From: Escherichia phage HY01
Sequence record: NC_027349.1
Direction: 5' to 3' (one strand)
DNA: 64,000 nucleotides
Below, piece after piece: positions 55,961 through 64,000 of the stretch. Under the pieces are notes generated by a model. The model did no database searches. It saw nothing but the letters and a program-made list of their open reading frames with translations, and was not told where the DNA came from. The position numbers and the translations under genes are program-made. How positions within the stretch are numbered: position 1 is the stretch's first letter; every line of letters starts with the position of its first letter.

Positions 55961-56235
55961 TCGAAATAATCTTCAATTTCATAATCAAGAACATAAATCA
56001 TTATAGTTTTTAATACATCATCAATACTTTTTCCTGGAGCTGGAATTACGTAAAAATATCCCGCCTTTGAGGTATCTTTATAAGTTCCAACCAAGAAATC
56101 ATTATTTTCAAGATGCAGTTCTTCAACCAATTCATTAACAATTGAGTGGTATAAATTTGGTAGAAACTTATATAGCTTTTCTAAAATATCAATTTTGATT
56201 GTATATTGAACCACAGATTGAGAATCAATAATCAT
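55957..56235 (-). CDS. arn: Arn, anti-restriction (McrBC inhibitor) acidic protein
   Basis: 92 aa, acidic; position next to asiA; length as T4 Arn. Confidence 0.75.
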   Translation of the reverse strand: MIIDSQSVVQYTIKIDILEKLYKFLPNLYHSIVNELVEELHLENNDFLVGTYKDTSKAGYFYVIPAPGKSIDDVLKTIMIYVLDYEIEDYFE

Positions 56236-56318
56236 AGACCTTCCCCTTATGTTTCTGTTTGCGATTAGATTCTTTGAACGCTTTCCTTTTATCCTTATGG
56301 ACAGAAGCTCTATTAAAA

Positions 56319-56537
56319 TTATGTTTTGCGACTAAATTGTTCATAATGCTGAATTACCTCTCTTAAACATTTGCATGTGAATGAAAACTTTTTAGCTACA
56401 CCACATTCAAATATATGTTCTCTTAAATCACGTGTATCAGTATATCCCATCTCAACAATAAAATGCCGTATTAGATTTTTATCTTTATCATTGAGAGAAT
56501 TAAAATAATCGGATTTTGAATTAATTTCCCTGGCCAA
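56319..56537 (-). CDS. Hypothetical protein with Cys cluster
   Basis: 72-aa ORF; ECGVAKKFSFTCKC. Confidence 0.5.
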   Translation of the reverse strand: MAREINSKSDYFNSLNDKDKNLIRHFIVEMGYTDTRDLREHIFECGVAKKFSFTCKCLREVIQHYEQFSRKT

Positions 56538-56817
56538 ATTGAATCACCTTCAGTTGACGTTTTAGTTCTTTTATCATTTCTTCGTTCATCGCAATATAAA
56601 GATCACGTAAAGCAGGTTTTAGCATTCCATTTACTGGAGAACTAAATGGACATACATAATCTTTTCCTACAAGCTTTTTAGTTAATTCCATGTCACAAAA
56701 CTGAAATGCTGGTTCATTGGCATAAATTCCCCAATTAGTTGACATCATTTTATTGGCATATTCCAATGCCTGGATTTGATTCATAATTCCATCAATTTGA
56801 AACTTTTTAATATTCAT
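56521..56817 (-). CDS. Hypothetical protein
   Basis: 98-aa ORF. Confidence 0.5.
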   Translation of the reverse strand: MNIKKFQIDGIMNQIQALEYANKMMSTNWGIYANEPAFQFCDMELTKKLVGKDYVCPFSSPVNGMLKPALRDLYIAMNEEMIKELKRQLKVIQFGQGN

Positions 56818-57278
56818 TAGTAAAGGTCCTCAGAGTAAAGTTCTTTTTCACTACCACCGCGTTCAATACGTACTTGTCCAGCGTAAGTTGCAATAATCAT
56901 TGCTTCTTCACGTGTCCAATAATTACTATATTGGTCAATAAACCCTTGATCATCATCACAAACTTGCTGAGTAACTAATTGAGGTTTAACTACATCTAAA
57001 ACTTCGGCCATGTCTTTAGAATAATGACGAGCACCCGGAATAATAAGAGTTCGTCCATCTTTTAATCTAAAACGGTTGGCTGCGCAAACAATCCGTCGTT
57101 GATACTTTTGGTTTTCATCCCAGTATGCGGTCTGCCAACAGATTTCAGGAACTTCTTTCAGAATATCTTCTTCTGTACATTTATAACCATGTGCTTTAAA
57201 TTTTTGAACAAGACTTTCTGGAGTCTCACGAGATAAAGGAACATTCAGCATTTTTAAACGATTAATAAATGGATTCAT
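56817..57278 (-). CDS. Hypothetical protein
   Basis: 153-aa ORF. Confidence 0.55.
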   Translation of the reverse strand: MNPFINRLKMLNVPLSRETPESLVQKFKAHGYKCTEEDILKEVPEICWQTAYWDENQKYQRRIVCAANRFRLKDGRTLIIPGARHYSKDMAEVLDVVKPQLVTQQVCDDDQGFIDQYSNYWTREEAMIIATYAGQVRIERGGSEKELYSEDLY

Positions 57279-57604
57279 TTAAACCATCCTTTAATACGTT
57301 GCCACAAAGTTTTCTGTTGAGCTTTGTTAACACCAATTGAGCGAATAACTGGTTGAGATTCCTGGAATTCTTTATAATCAGCAAGGTAAATTTCGTAAGC
57401 TGAATCCGTAAAGGAACTTATAGCTGCCATGAAATTATTGCGAATACCTACTGGAGCATCTTTACTTTCGCGAATAATCATGTATTTACCGGTCTTAATC
57501 TTTACGATAGTTCCAAGATAAGCTCCATGATACCAGATGTCCCATCCCTCTTGAGTAGGTTCTGCGCAACGACGAAGTTCATTAACAATTTCTAACTTGT
57601 TCAT
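57275..57604 (-). CDS. Hypothetical protein
   Basis: 109-aa ORF. Confidence 0.55.
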   Translation of the reverse strand: MNKLEIVNELRRCAEPTQEGWDIWYHGAYLGTIVKIKTGKYMIIRESKDAPVGIRNNFMAAISSFTDSAYEIYLADYKEFQESQPVIRSIGVNKAQQKTLWQRIKGWFK

Positions 57605-57614
57605 TATTTATTCC

Positions 57615-58250
57615 TCACAGTTCAGATGCTACAGTAATTACAGCTTCAATGTTTTCTGCTGAACGTTTAATGTCAAGATACACATTACCGTTTTTAGCGA
57701 TTTTACATGACATTCCGATATCAGTAAATTTCTGAATATGATGTTCCATCATTTTGTATCCAAAAATTCGCATATTTCCATTGTTGTTAATTTCAAAATT
57801 ACGAATTCCGTGAGTGCGTTTTTCTAAAATAGCAAGATAGTTACTACGATAAGTTTCAACCTTTTTAAGAACAAATCCATTTTCATCTAAAAGTTTTAAC
57901 ATGAAGTCTTTATCTTCTTCCATATCAGAAGTAATCTCACGAGCTTTACGAGTTGCTCGTTTTTTCAGCAGTTCAGGAGCGTTTTCCTGTGCATATAAAG
58001 TTGCTGCGTTTGAAATAATATCTTGCGCTTCGCCTGTGATGATTAATCCATCACCTGATTTCTCTACCAGGCCTTTTTTAATCAATACCCCAATATTACT
58101 ATTAACTACTGCGTTACCTAAATCTGGATGCACCTCACGAACTTCTGCGGCTGTAATGAAATCTTTCTTAGCAATAGTAATTAAAATCGCAGCAGTTTTT
58201 TCATTCAGAACATCGTTAGAAGCTTTGATGATGTAAGTTACTTTAGACAT
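57615..58250 (-). CDS. motA: MotA middle-promoter transcription activator
   Basis: 211 aa; MSKVTYIIKASNDVLNEKTAAILITIAKKDFITAAEVREVHPDL matches remembered T4 MotA. Confidence 0.95.
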   Translation of the reverse strand: MSKVTYIIKASNDVLNEKTAAILITIAKKDFITAAEVREVHPDLGNAVVNSNIGVLIKKGLVEKSGDGLIITGEAQDIISNAATLYAQENAPELLKKRATRKAREITSDMEEDKDFMLKLLDENGFVLKKVETYRSNYLAILEKRTHGIRNFEINNNGNMRIFGYKMMEHHIQKFTDIGMSCKIAKNGNVYLDIKRSAENIEAVITVASEL

Positions 58251-58291
58251 TTTCTAATCTCCGTAATTCTATATCAGTAGTTGATAGTTGT

Positions 58292-58321
58292 ATAGTACCA
58301 CAGTATGCTTTGGTTGTAAAC
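58292..58321 (-). promoter_or_regulatory. T4-type early promoter for motA (GTTTAC-N18-TACTAT)
   Basis: Cassette immediately downstream of a terminator, upstream of motA. Confidence 0.5.
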
Positions 58322-58342
58322 CGTTTTGTGAAAAAATTTTTG

Positions 58343-58372
58343 AAATAAAAAAGGGAGAGCCTCAGCTCTCCC
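58343..58372 (-). terminator. Rho-independent terminator (GGGAGAGC-CTCA-GCTCTCCC plus U-run)
   Basis: Perfect 8-bp stem; minus-strand T-run follows. Confidence 0.6.
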
Positions 58373-58377
58373 TAAAA

Positions 58378-58527
58378 TTACTGCATGACTGTGATAACTG
58401 TCATGATAACACGTTGAATTCCGAACGCAAGAAGACCTCCTGCTACGGCAGGAACAACACCTAAACCCGCCAGTAAAATGCTACCAGATACTAATGCAGC
58501 GCTTGTAATACCTATGAATGGACTCAT
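58378..58527 (-). CDS. Small hydrophobic membrane peptide (49 aa)
   Basis: Not in the track; hand-translated MSPFIGITSAALVSGSILLAGLGVVPAVAGGLLAFGIQRVIMTVITVMQ; ATG overlaps the gene 52 stop (ATGA). Confidence 0.45.
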   Translation of the reverse strand: MSPFIGITSAALVSGSILLAGLGVVPAVAGGLLAFGIQRVIMTVITVMQ

Positions 58528-59852
58528 TTGATTTCCTCTAAATCTTTGGTGTATTCTGTAACTACATCAGTAGTTTTCCAATATTCGTTTTCTTCTTTTT
58601 TAGCTTTAGCTTCTTCAGCAAGTTTCTTTGCTTCGTCGGAAGTCATATGAAAAATGTTCATTCCAACTAGTTTATCAACATAAGAAGAATACATATCAAT
58701 TTTAGAAAGTTCTTCGGTCAGTTCTTTACGAGTTTTACCTTGTACAACAATTTCACCTGAAATTACTTTCTTAATGAAATGTGCCTTGGCAAAGGCTAAA
58801 CGAAATGCTGATTCAGTTTCTTTGATTTTGTTATCAATTCGTTTTTGGACATAAGTTTTACGAACATCAACGAAGTCTTTGATTAAATCAACTACGTTAT
58901 CGTAAACTTGTAGTTTTCCTTTCTCATTAATAACGGTAATATTCTGGGAACGACGCTCAATCAACCCGAAGTCTTTCATAATTTTTGCATGGCGTTCTTC
59001 TTCGTTATCGCTTAAGGAATATTCTTTACGGAATTTAACTTTGAAGCCAAAACCATGCTCACCACAAGCATCATCCCATGTAATGAAGCCTTTATCTTCA
59101 AGTGGGTCTAAGATTTTACTCACATAAGTTTCACGATCATACTTATACGGAATCTCAGTGATATGCATTTGAGTTCGTGAAGTAAACTTATATGTTCCAC
59201 GAATTTCATATTGCCCATCAATTTCAACGACTTCACCACGAAATTCTGGGAATTCTACCTTCGGTTTAGTTACTTTCTTTCCTTGAAGAGCTTGCAGTAC
59301 AGCTTTCTTAACAGAAGAAACACTATGAGGAAGAATGTAAGTTGCATAACCAGTTGCAATACCGGAAACGCCATTAAGAAGAACAGTAGGAATAATAGGC
59401 AAATAGAAAGCAGGCGGAATGTGTTCTTTATCTTGATGTACCGGAGCATATTCAGTATCTTTATATACGTTATAGAAATTTTTACTTACACGAGCAAAAA
59501 TATAACGACTTGCTGCTGCTTTTTGAACGGTACGAGAACCAAAGTTTCCTTGACCATCTAACAGAGGAAAGTTATTATTCCAAGTGTTAGCCATCAAAGC
59601 ACCTGCGTCTTGCGCAGATTTTTCACCATGATGATATCCAAGGTCCGCTACACCACCTGCAATAGAAGCGAGTTTATGAAATTTATCTTTATTTCCTCGT
59701 GCCAAATCAAGAGCTCGAGCAATAACAAATCGTTGAACTGGCTTAAATCCGTCAATCATATTTGGGATAGCACGATTTTCAACCGTGTACATAGCATAAG
59801 CCAGTGCTTCATTATCAATGATACTTTTTAAATCGCGATTATTCAGTTGCAT
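58524..59852 (-). CDS. 52: DNA topoisomerase II medium subunit gp52
   Basis: 442 aa; MQLNNRDLKSIIDNEALAYAMYTVENRAIPNMIDGFKPVQRF matches remembered T4 gp52. Confidence 0.95.
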   Translation of the reverse strand: MQLNNRDLKSIIDNEALAYAMYTVENRAIPNMIDGFKPVQRFVIARALDLARGNKDKFHKLASIAGGVADLGYHHGEKSAQDAGALMANTWNNNFPLLDGQGNFGSRTVQKAAASRYIFARVSKNFYNVYKDTEYAPVHQDKEHIPPAFYLPIIPTVLLNGVSGIATGYATYILPHSVSSVKKAVLQALQGKKVTKPKVEFPEFRGEVVEIDGQYEIRGTYKFTSRTQMHITEIPYKYDRETYVSKILDPLEDKGFITWDDACGEHGFGFKVKFRKEYSLSDNEEERHAKIMKDFGLIERRSQNITVINEKGKLQVYDNVVDLIKDFVDVRKTYVQKRIDNKIKETESAFRLAFAKAHFIKKVISGEIVVQGKTRKELTEELSKIDMYSSYVDKLVGMNIFHMTSDEAKKLAEEAKAKKEENEYWKTTDVVTEYTKDLEEIK

Positions 59853-59856
59853 AAAT

Positions 59857-59997
59857 TTACCATACTAGTGAATGTAGTGCCATAATAACATCAGAAATGA
59901 AAAGCACGACTTGAATTAATCCGAACATTACTCCATAATATAGTGCTACCAATAAAGTAGCAAGGGCTAATGAATAGCCCAAGATTTTCTTAATCAT
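59857..59997 (-). CDS. Small hydrophobic membrane peptide (46 aa; 52.1 or ac region)
   Basis: Not in the track; hand-translated MIKKILGYSLALATLLVALYYGVMFGLIQVVLFISDVIMALHSLVW. Confidence 0.45.
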   Translation of the reverse strand: MIKKILGYSLALATLLVALYYGVMFGLIQVVLFISDVIMALHSLVW

Positions 59998-60148
59998 TAG
60001 TAGATAACAACACAAATGTTAAATATGCACACATACCCTGGGCTAAAGCTTGTGAAAACACGCTGCTAGCATCGATACAGATAGTTAAAACACATGCTAC
60101 TATCCAACAAATAAATGAAATAACTCCTAATAATTTTGCAATATTCAT
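59990..60148 (-). CDS. Small hydrophobic membrane peptide (52 aa; candidate ac)
   Basis: Not in the track; hand-translated MNIAKLLGVISFICWIVACVLTICIDASSVFSQALAQGMCAYLTFVLLSTND with GAGGA Shine-Dalgarno. Confidence 0.45.
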   Translation of the reverse strand: MNIAKLLGVISFICWIVACVLTICIDASSVFSQALAQGMCAYLTFVLLSTND

Positions 60149-60155
60149 ATTTTCC

Positions 60156-60236
60156 TCACTGGCGTCCGAAGACGCCTTTAGTTTTAAGATTGTTACGATA
60201 GAACTGCATCACATGTTCGTTATGGAAATTACTCAT
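60156..60236 (-). CDS. stp: Stp peptide (26 aa), activator of the host PrrC anticodon nuclease
   Basis: Not in the track; hand-translated [26 protein letters not shown], identical to the T4 Stp sequence as I recall it; ATG overlaps the ndd stop. Confidence 0.8.
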
Positions 60237-60691
60237 TAATATGCCTGCAAAACAAATTTAAAGTTATCAGCTAACATACGGTTCATTTCTTCAAGTGTTT
60301 GATACTCAGAATGATGATTACGAGTAAACGCTAAAGCTAACTGACCTTTTCCAAATCCTGTCGTCAGAGGTTTCATCTTAGAAGCAGGAAGATAAAATAC
60401 TGTGTATGGAACATTGTTATTTGCAATAGTACGCGCAAGCTGAGACCGACGCTGACGAATATGACTTAGAACTGCACTGAATCCTTGCTTAGAACGCTGA
60501 TTACCTACATAAAACCGCGCAGATACACACGGACTATCAAATGGACCACCAAATTTGCTCACTAAAAAGTAAAATCCAGGGTTAGACAAAATGTCTTTAT
60601 GTGGAGTTCCAAAAACCCATTCACCACCCTTGATTGTACCAATAACAGTTGCGCCTGCATTATTCAAATCAGTAACAGTCATATATTTCAT
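60236..60691 (-). CDS. ndd: Ndd nucleoid disruption protein
   Basis: 151 aa as in T4 Ndd; conserved position upstream of stp. Confidence 0.85.
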
Positions 60692-61082
60692 GTTAATTTC
60701 CTCTAATTATTTTCTACTCCAAGGCCGCATGAATACATACGGCCGATAAATTAATCGTCGCAGTCGACACTTAATTCCCAGAATTCTTCTACAGTATAAG
60801 TTTCAGTATCATTTTCAATACAGAAACGTTCATTACTGTTATTTGCTAAAGTAGCATTAACTGTCATTTTCTCGCTGGTGCTCTTAAGAGGCGAAATACG
60901 AATTAACTGATCACCACTATCTAAGCAGAAAATTTCACCAACTTTTACATCTTTAAAAACTTTTCATAATTCACCTCAAGGAGTATAAAATCCAAATGCA
61001 GTTGTTGACCATCCCATCCAATATGGGAAATTTGCACCAATGTAAAACATAAGAATATAAAACCAACCGCTCAACAAATTCA

Positions 61083-61280
61083 TCATTTTACACCATTCCA
61101 AATTATTTCAACTACGGATTTTAAACCATTTTGATGAATATCCATTCCGACTACCGCCATCAAATAGATTCCAACTACAACTGAACCTAAGGCAAAAATC
61201 AGCATGAAAATGAATAAAGCCGGAAAAATATTATCGAAAAACCATTCAATAAATGTAAAAGCACTGCGTTTACGCTTCAT
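61083..61280 (-). CDS. Small membrane protein (65 aa)
   Basis: Track start is TTG; ATG at 61280 with GAGGAAAA Shine-Dalgarno; one predicted TM helix. Confidence 0.5.
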   Translation of the reverse strand: MKRKRSAFTFIEWFFDNIFPALFIFMLIFALGSVVVGIYLMAVVGMDIHQNGLKSVVEIIWNGVK

Positions 61281-61287
61281 ATTTTCC

Positions 61288-61401
61288 TCACATAAATCCA
61301 AAGTAAGCGTTTAATACATCAATCATTAAAACGATTGGGAATATACTCAAAACTATTAGTATTATAACTACATTCCATATAGCTTTAATAATCTTTTTCA
61401 T
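61288..61401 (-). CDS. Small membrane peptide (37 aa)
   Basis: Upstream part of the track ORF overlaps a promoter; ATG at 61401 with GGAGG Shine-Dalgarno gives MKKIIKAIWNVVIILIVLSIFPIVLMIDVLNAYFGFM. Confidence 0.5.
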   Translation of the reverse strand: MKKIIKAIWNVVIILIVLSIFPIVLMIDVLNAYFGFM

Positions 61402-61429
61402 TTTCTGTTCCTCCGTAGTTGATAGGGTA

Positions 61430-61459
61430 ATAATACCACGGAAGAACAGTCTTGTAAAC
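61430..61459 (-). promoter_or_regulatory. T4-type early promoter (GTTTAC-N18-TATTAT)
   Basis: Cassette family member; followed by GGAGG and the ATG at 61401. Confidence 0.45.
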
Positions 61460-61466
61460 AACTTTT

Positions 61467-61565
61467 TTAAAAATATTCGTAATAAATGTGAATACCAACT
61501 ACTACCGCTGAAACCTGTGCAACCCACCACGCACAAGCAATAAGTACAGAATTCAAAATTTTCAT
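61467..61565 (-). CDS. Hydrophobic micro-protein (32 aa)
   Basis: Not in the track; hand-translated MKILNSVLIACAWWVAQVSAVVVGIHIYYEYF with GAGG Shine-Dalgarno; ATG overlaps the preceding ORF stop. Confidence 0.35.
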   Translation of the reverse strand: MKILNSVLIACAWWVAQVSAVVVGIHIYYEYF

Positions 61566-61648
61566 AATAACCTCATTACAAAAGTAAATGTTAAACAAAT
61601 TAATGGAATACTAATTAACCAAACGAAACACCACCATAGTGAACTCAT
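61562..61648 (-). CDS. Hydrophobic micro-protein (28 aa)
   Basis: Not in the track; hand-translated MSSLWWCFVWLISIPLICLTFTFVMRLL; ATG overlaps the stop of the 87-aa ORF (ATGA). Confidence 0.3.
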   Translation of the reverse strand: MSSLWWCFVWLISIPLICLTFTFVMRLL

Positions 61649-61908
61649 AACTCAATCTCAGCGATTTTCATTTCATTACTATTAATAGCCGCTTTAAGAC
61701 TATCTGAAAGAATTACATCCCAGTGGTCATTCATATGACCATTAATTAAGCGTGTAATTTCTTCGGGAGTTGAAAAATAAGGCGTATCAGACTCCCAATG
61801 CGATAATCCTAAGCGAGTATAAATCATACCTTCATCATCGCTAGAATATTCAACTGACACAAACTCATCAGTTATTTTATGTTTAGCGTAATAAAATTTA
61901 AATTTCAT
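61645..61908 (-). CDS. Hypothetical protein (87 aa)
   Basis: ORF with GGAGG Shine-Dalgarno directly downstream of an early promoter. Confidence 0.55.
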   Translation of the reverse strand: MKFKFYYAKHKITDEFVSVEYSSDDEGMIYTRLGLSHWESDTPYFSTPEEITRLINGHMNDHWDVILSDSLKAAINSNEMKIAEIEL

Positions 61909-61935
61909 TTTCCGCTCCTCCGTAGCTGATAGAGT

Positions 61936-61965
61936 ATAGTACCACGGTCCTTGTGGTATGTAAAC
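61936..61965 (-). promoter_or_regulatory. T4-type early promoter (GTTTAC-N18-TACTAT)
   Basis: Cassette nearly identical to 41602-41631 and 58292-58321. Confidence 0.5.
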
Positions 61966-61981
61966 TGTTTTGTGAAAATTT

Positions 61982-62539
61982 TTAAATGGAAAGATACCAT
62001 CCGTTGTAGTTGCTTTTTCTTACAACCTTACGAAGGTCTTCTCTATCACCGATGAACTTCGGAGTGTACTGGATGACACCTGGATGAATTTCTTTAGTGT
62101 TGAATATAATTATACAGTCAGCGACTTGATGATTCAGAATGGGCCCTAGATTTATTCCAGAACCGTATGGATACTCTCCGCTGCATCCGGTTGTTACCGA
62201 AATCCAACGTGAGTCAGTTTGATGTGTTTTGACTTCTACACGAAGCCCGCAGTATTTTGGATGTGCCAATACATCCCATGCGTATGTATACGGGTCATTA
62301 ACATCCTCTTGGCCTTTGTTAACATATCCGCTTAGCCAATCTGCTACAAAAAACTCTGCGTACACCGCGATACGGCATCTTTCGATAACTTCTGCTTTAT
62401 CCTGATTTGGATTTTGTTTTAAAGAGTATCTTGCTGTATCAGCAATTTTGACCTTCATTTCACTAGTCAAGTCACTGTTCGATAGGGTAAATGTCGGAAT
62501 CTGAAATAGTCTCTGTAAACCCGGATTCGTTTTCTGCAT
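61982..62539 (-). CDS. denB: Endonuclease IV
   Basis: 185 aa as in T4 EndoIV; conserved position next to rIIB. Confidence 0.8.
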   Translation of the reverse strand: MQKTNPGLQRLFQIPTFTLSNSDLTSEMKVKIADTARYSLKQNPNQDKAEVIERCRIAVYAEFFVADWLSGYVNKGQEDVNDPYTYAWDVLAHPKYCGLRVEVKTHQTDSRWISVTTGCSGEYPYGSGINLGPILNHQVADCIIIFNTKEIHPGVIQYTPKFIGDREDLRKVVRKSNYNGWYLSI

Positions 62540-62801
62540 TTAGACTTTCCTTTTTACCGCTGAGATAAGCGTTATATACTTTAAGAGTGCCGTAATAAAT
62601 TCGGTCATTTTCATCTAAAGACTCACGGTCAAGTTCATCGAGTTCCTTTTTATCCATGACTATAATATCATTGCAGTAAAGAAACCCAAGTTTTTCGTGA
62701 CCAAACTCAAATTTATTGCAGTACACAATATTAGCGTGATGATTTCCGTGTAGATTAATCTCTTTTATGTCGGAATCACTGATATTCATATAATAAATCA
62801 T
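62472..62801 (-). CDS. Hypothetical protein (denB.1 position)
   Basis: Track start is TTG and runs through a terminator-like hairpin; ATG at 62801 gives 109 aa; 3' end overlaps the denB start by 68 nt; alternative ATG at 62789. Confidence 0.45.
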   Translation of the reverse strand: MIYYMNISDSDIKEINLHGNHHANIVYCNKFEFGHEKLGFLYCNDIIVMDKKELDELDRESLDENDRIYYGTLKVYNAYLSGKKESLNAENESGFTETISDSDIYPIEQ

Positions 62802-62838
62802 AATTTCTCTTAAAACAAAAGGGCCGAAGCCCCTCATT

Positions 62839-63033
62839 TTATTTGAATTGTGCAATTCTTTTTTCTAAACAATCTGCGTAAGATTTCATTGAGATGAACT
62901 GTGAAAGCAGTAATTCTTGTTCAACTTCATTAATCGTTAGAAACTTTGTGCTTTCTAAAAATTTGCTCAGTGCATTAATTTTGAGCATTAATTGATCGTA
63001 TTCTTCTTTTACTCGTGCTTGATAACCTAACAT
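62839..63033 (-). CDS. Hypothetical small protein
   Basis: 64-aa ORF between rIIB and a GGGCCGAAGCCCC hairpin. Confidence 0.5.
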   Translation of the reverse strand: MLGYQARVKEEYDQLMLKINALSKFLESTKFLTINEVEQELLLSQFISMKSYADCLEKRIAQFK

Positions 63034-63061
63034 AATTTTCCTTAGTTAAGGGCCGAAGCCC

Positions 63062-64000
63062 TTATTTAAATTGTTCAGTAACGTCTTCAACTACTTCGTA
63101 TTGACAGGTACGCATTTTAGCATCGTTGTAATCAATCGGAATTGATACTACATCGCGAGGATGTACTTTAACTTTTACAACTCGGCTGGTTGAACTGCCA
63201 AAGTGACGAATATAAGATTTAGAACACACATGCAGACCACGAGAACAAGTTTGTGTATCATCGTCATTCACACGAGTACGTGGCATTTTAACTACTTTAC
63301 CAGGACTGTTATCAAAGGTGTTTGAGTGACAGTCAAAGTAGTTGTCACGAACTACTTTCCAAGCATAGAAGTAACCATCTTCTGTAATTTCAATATCGTT
63401 TGCTACCAAGAAATCAAAGAGTCGAGATACCGCTTTCTGGCTTGGGTTTTCCAGCAGATTTTCCAAGAACGGAAAATAAAACTCAAAGTTTTCACCTTTT
63501 TCCATCGAATCGAGAATACGATCAACTAAACCAGATCGTAATTCGATATTTTGATAGAACAAGCTTCCGCCTTCAATTCGAACATCGCCGGAAATATATT
63601 TTTCAACAGCGCGACGAACATTAATTTTTTGTGCCGCTTCTTCCAACTTATCTGCTACAAGCAGATTAAGAATTTCCTGGAAGTTTGAATGAGTATTAGG
63701 AGTTGCGTTATAAGTTACACCGTCAACAGTAATTGAAATGAATTTTTTAGATGCATTCCAAATAATGTCAGATTTAGCAACTGGAGCAATAACTGCATCG
63801 CTATTAACTTTAACTGTAATATCACCGCTAATAGTAACTTTAGAGCGTTTAGCTTCTTCAGCATTTTTCAAAACACGACGAATTGTGTCAACCGATACAC
63901 CTTGCCAATCAGCCAATTCCTGTTGGGTGTAATTACCGCTTGAATACAATTTAACAATTTCAGCTTGTTCGTTTTTGGTCAGGCATTTAATATTGTACAT
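63062..64000 (-). CDS. rIIB: rIIB membrane-associated rapid-lysis protein
   Basis: 312 aa, MYNIKCLTKNEQAEIVKLYSSGNYTQQELADWQGVSVDTIRRVLK matches remembered T4 rIIB; ATG is the last three bases of the window. Confidence 0.9.
   Translation of the reverse strand: MYNIKCLTKNEQAEIVKLYSSGNYTQQELADWQGVSVDTIRRVLKNAEEAKRSKVTISGDITVKVNSDAVIAPVAKSDIIWNASKKFISITVDGVTYNATPNTHSNFQEILNLLVADKLEEAAQKINVRRAVEKYISGDVRIEGGSLFYQNIELRSGLVDRILDSMEKGENFEFYFPFLENLLENPSQKAVSRLFDFLVANDIEITEDGYFYAWKVVRDNYFDCHSNTFDNSPGKVVKMPRTRVNDDDTQTCSRGLHVCSKSYIRHFGSSTSRVVKVKVHPRDVVSIPIDYNDAKMRTCQYEVVEDVTEQFK

Noticed and set aside
60721-60964. Possible small minus-strand ORF between ndd and the 65-aa membrane ORF
   Set aside because: The longest open frame has no ATG/GTG/TTG start until a 38-codon remnant (MTVNATLANN...), and the upstream ATG is followed by an immediate stop; it could be a decayed gene or a non-canonical start.
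62481-62520. Partial copy of the early-promoter cassette (GATAGGGTAA ... GTAAAC) inside denB
   Set aside because: The -35 hexamer is present but no -10 element lies at the expected spacing (CGACAT in that position); probably a chance match or decayed promoter inside coding sequence.

Overview
The window is a contiguous ~64 kb stretch of a T4-type (T-even, Tequatrovirus-like) coliphage genome, running from the 3' end of the major capsid gene 23 to the start codon of rIIB at the window edge. Gene identifications rest on my reading of the supplied six-frame translations against remembered T4 protein sequences and motifs; no database search was run, so names for small hypothetical ORFs (24.x, 30.x, cd.x, pseT.x, arn.x, ndd.x) are positional guesses or left blank. 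Plus-strand late blocks encode head vertex, baseplate hub (51, 27, 28, 29, 48, 54) and long tail fibre proteins (34-38) plus holin t. Minus-strand early/middle blocks encode uvsY, two tandem Alt-type ADP-ribosyltransferases, DNA ligase, rIII, gp31, dCMP deaminase, PNK, spanins, Alc, RNA ligase 1, EndoII, the nrdB-nrdA-td-frd nucleotide-metabolism cluster, gp32, gp59, gp33, RNase H, AsiA, Arn, MotA, topoisomerase gp52, Stp, Ndd and EndoIV. Many start codons in the ORF track are GTG/TTG artefacts and were moved to in-frame ATGs with Shine-Dalgarno support. Regulatory signals are dense: TATAAATA late promoters, GTTTAC-N18-TAnnAT early promoters, MotA-box middle promoters and UUCG/GNRA hairpin terminators. 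No tRNA, rRNA or CRISPR array was seen. I did not find a clear-cut unknown multi-gene system. The strongest departures from canonical T4 are: nrdA split into two ORFs by an HNH endonuclease gene; an extra 115-aa ORF at the normally overlapping frd-td junction; intron-less td and nrdB; a T2-type gp37/gp38 adhesin module; and tandem Alt paralogues under one late promoter.
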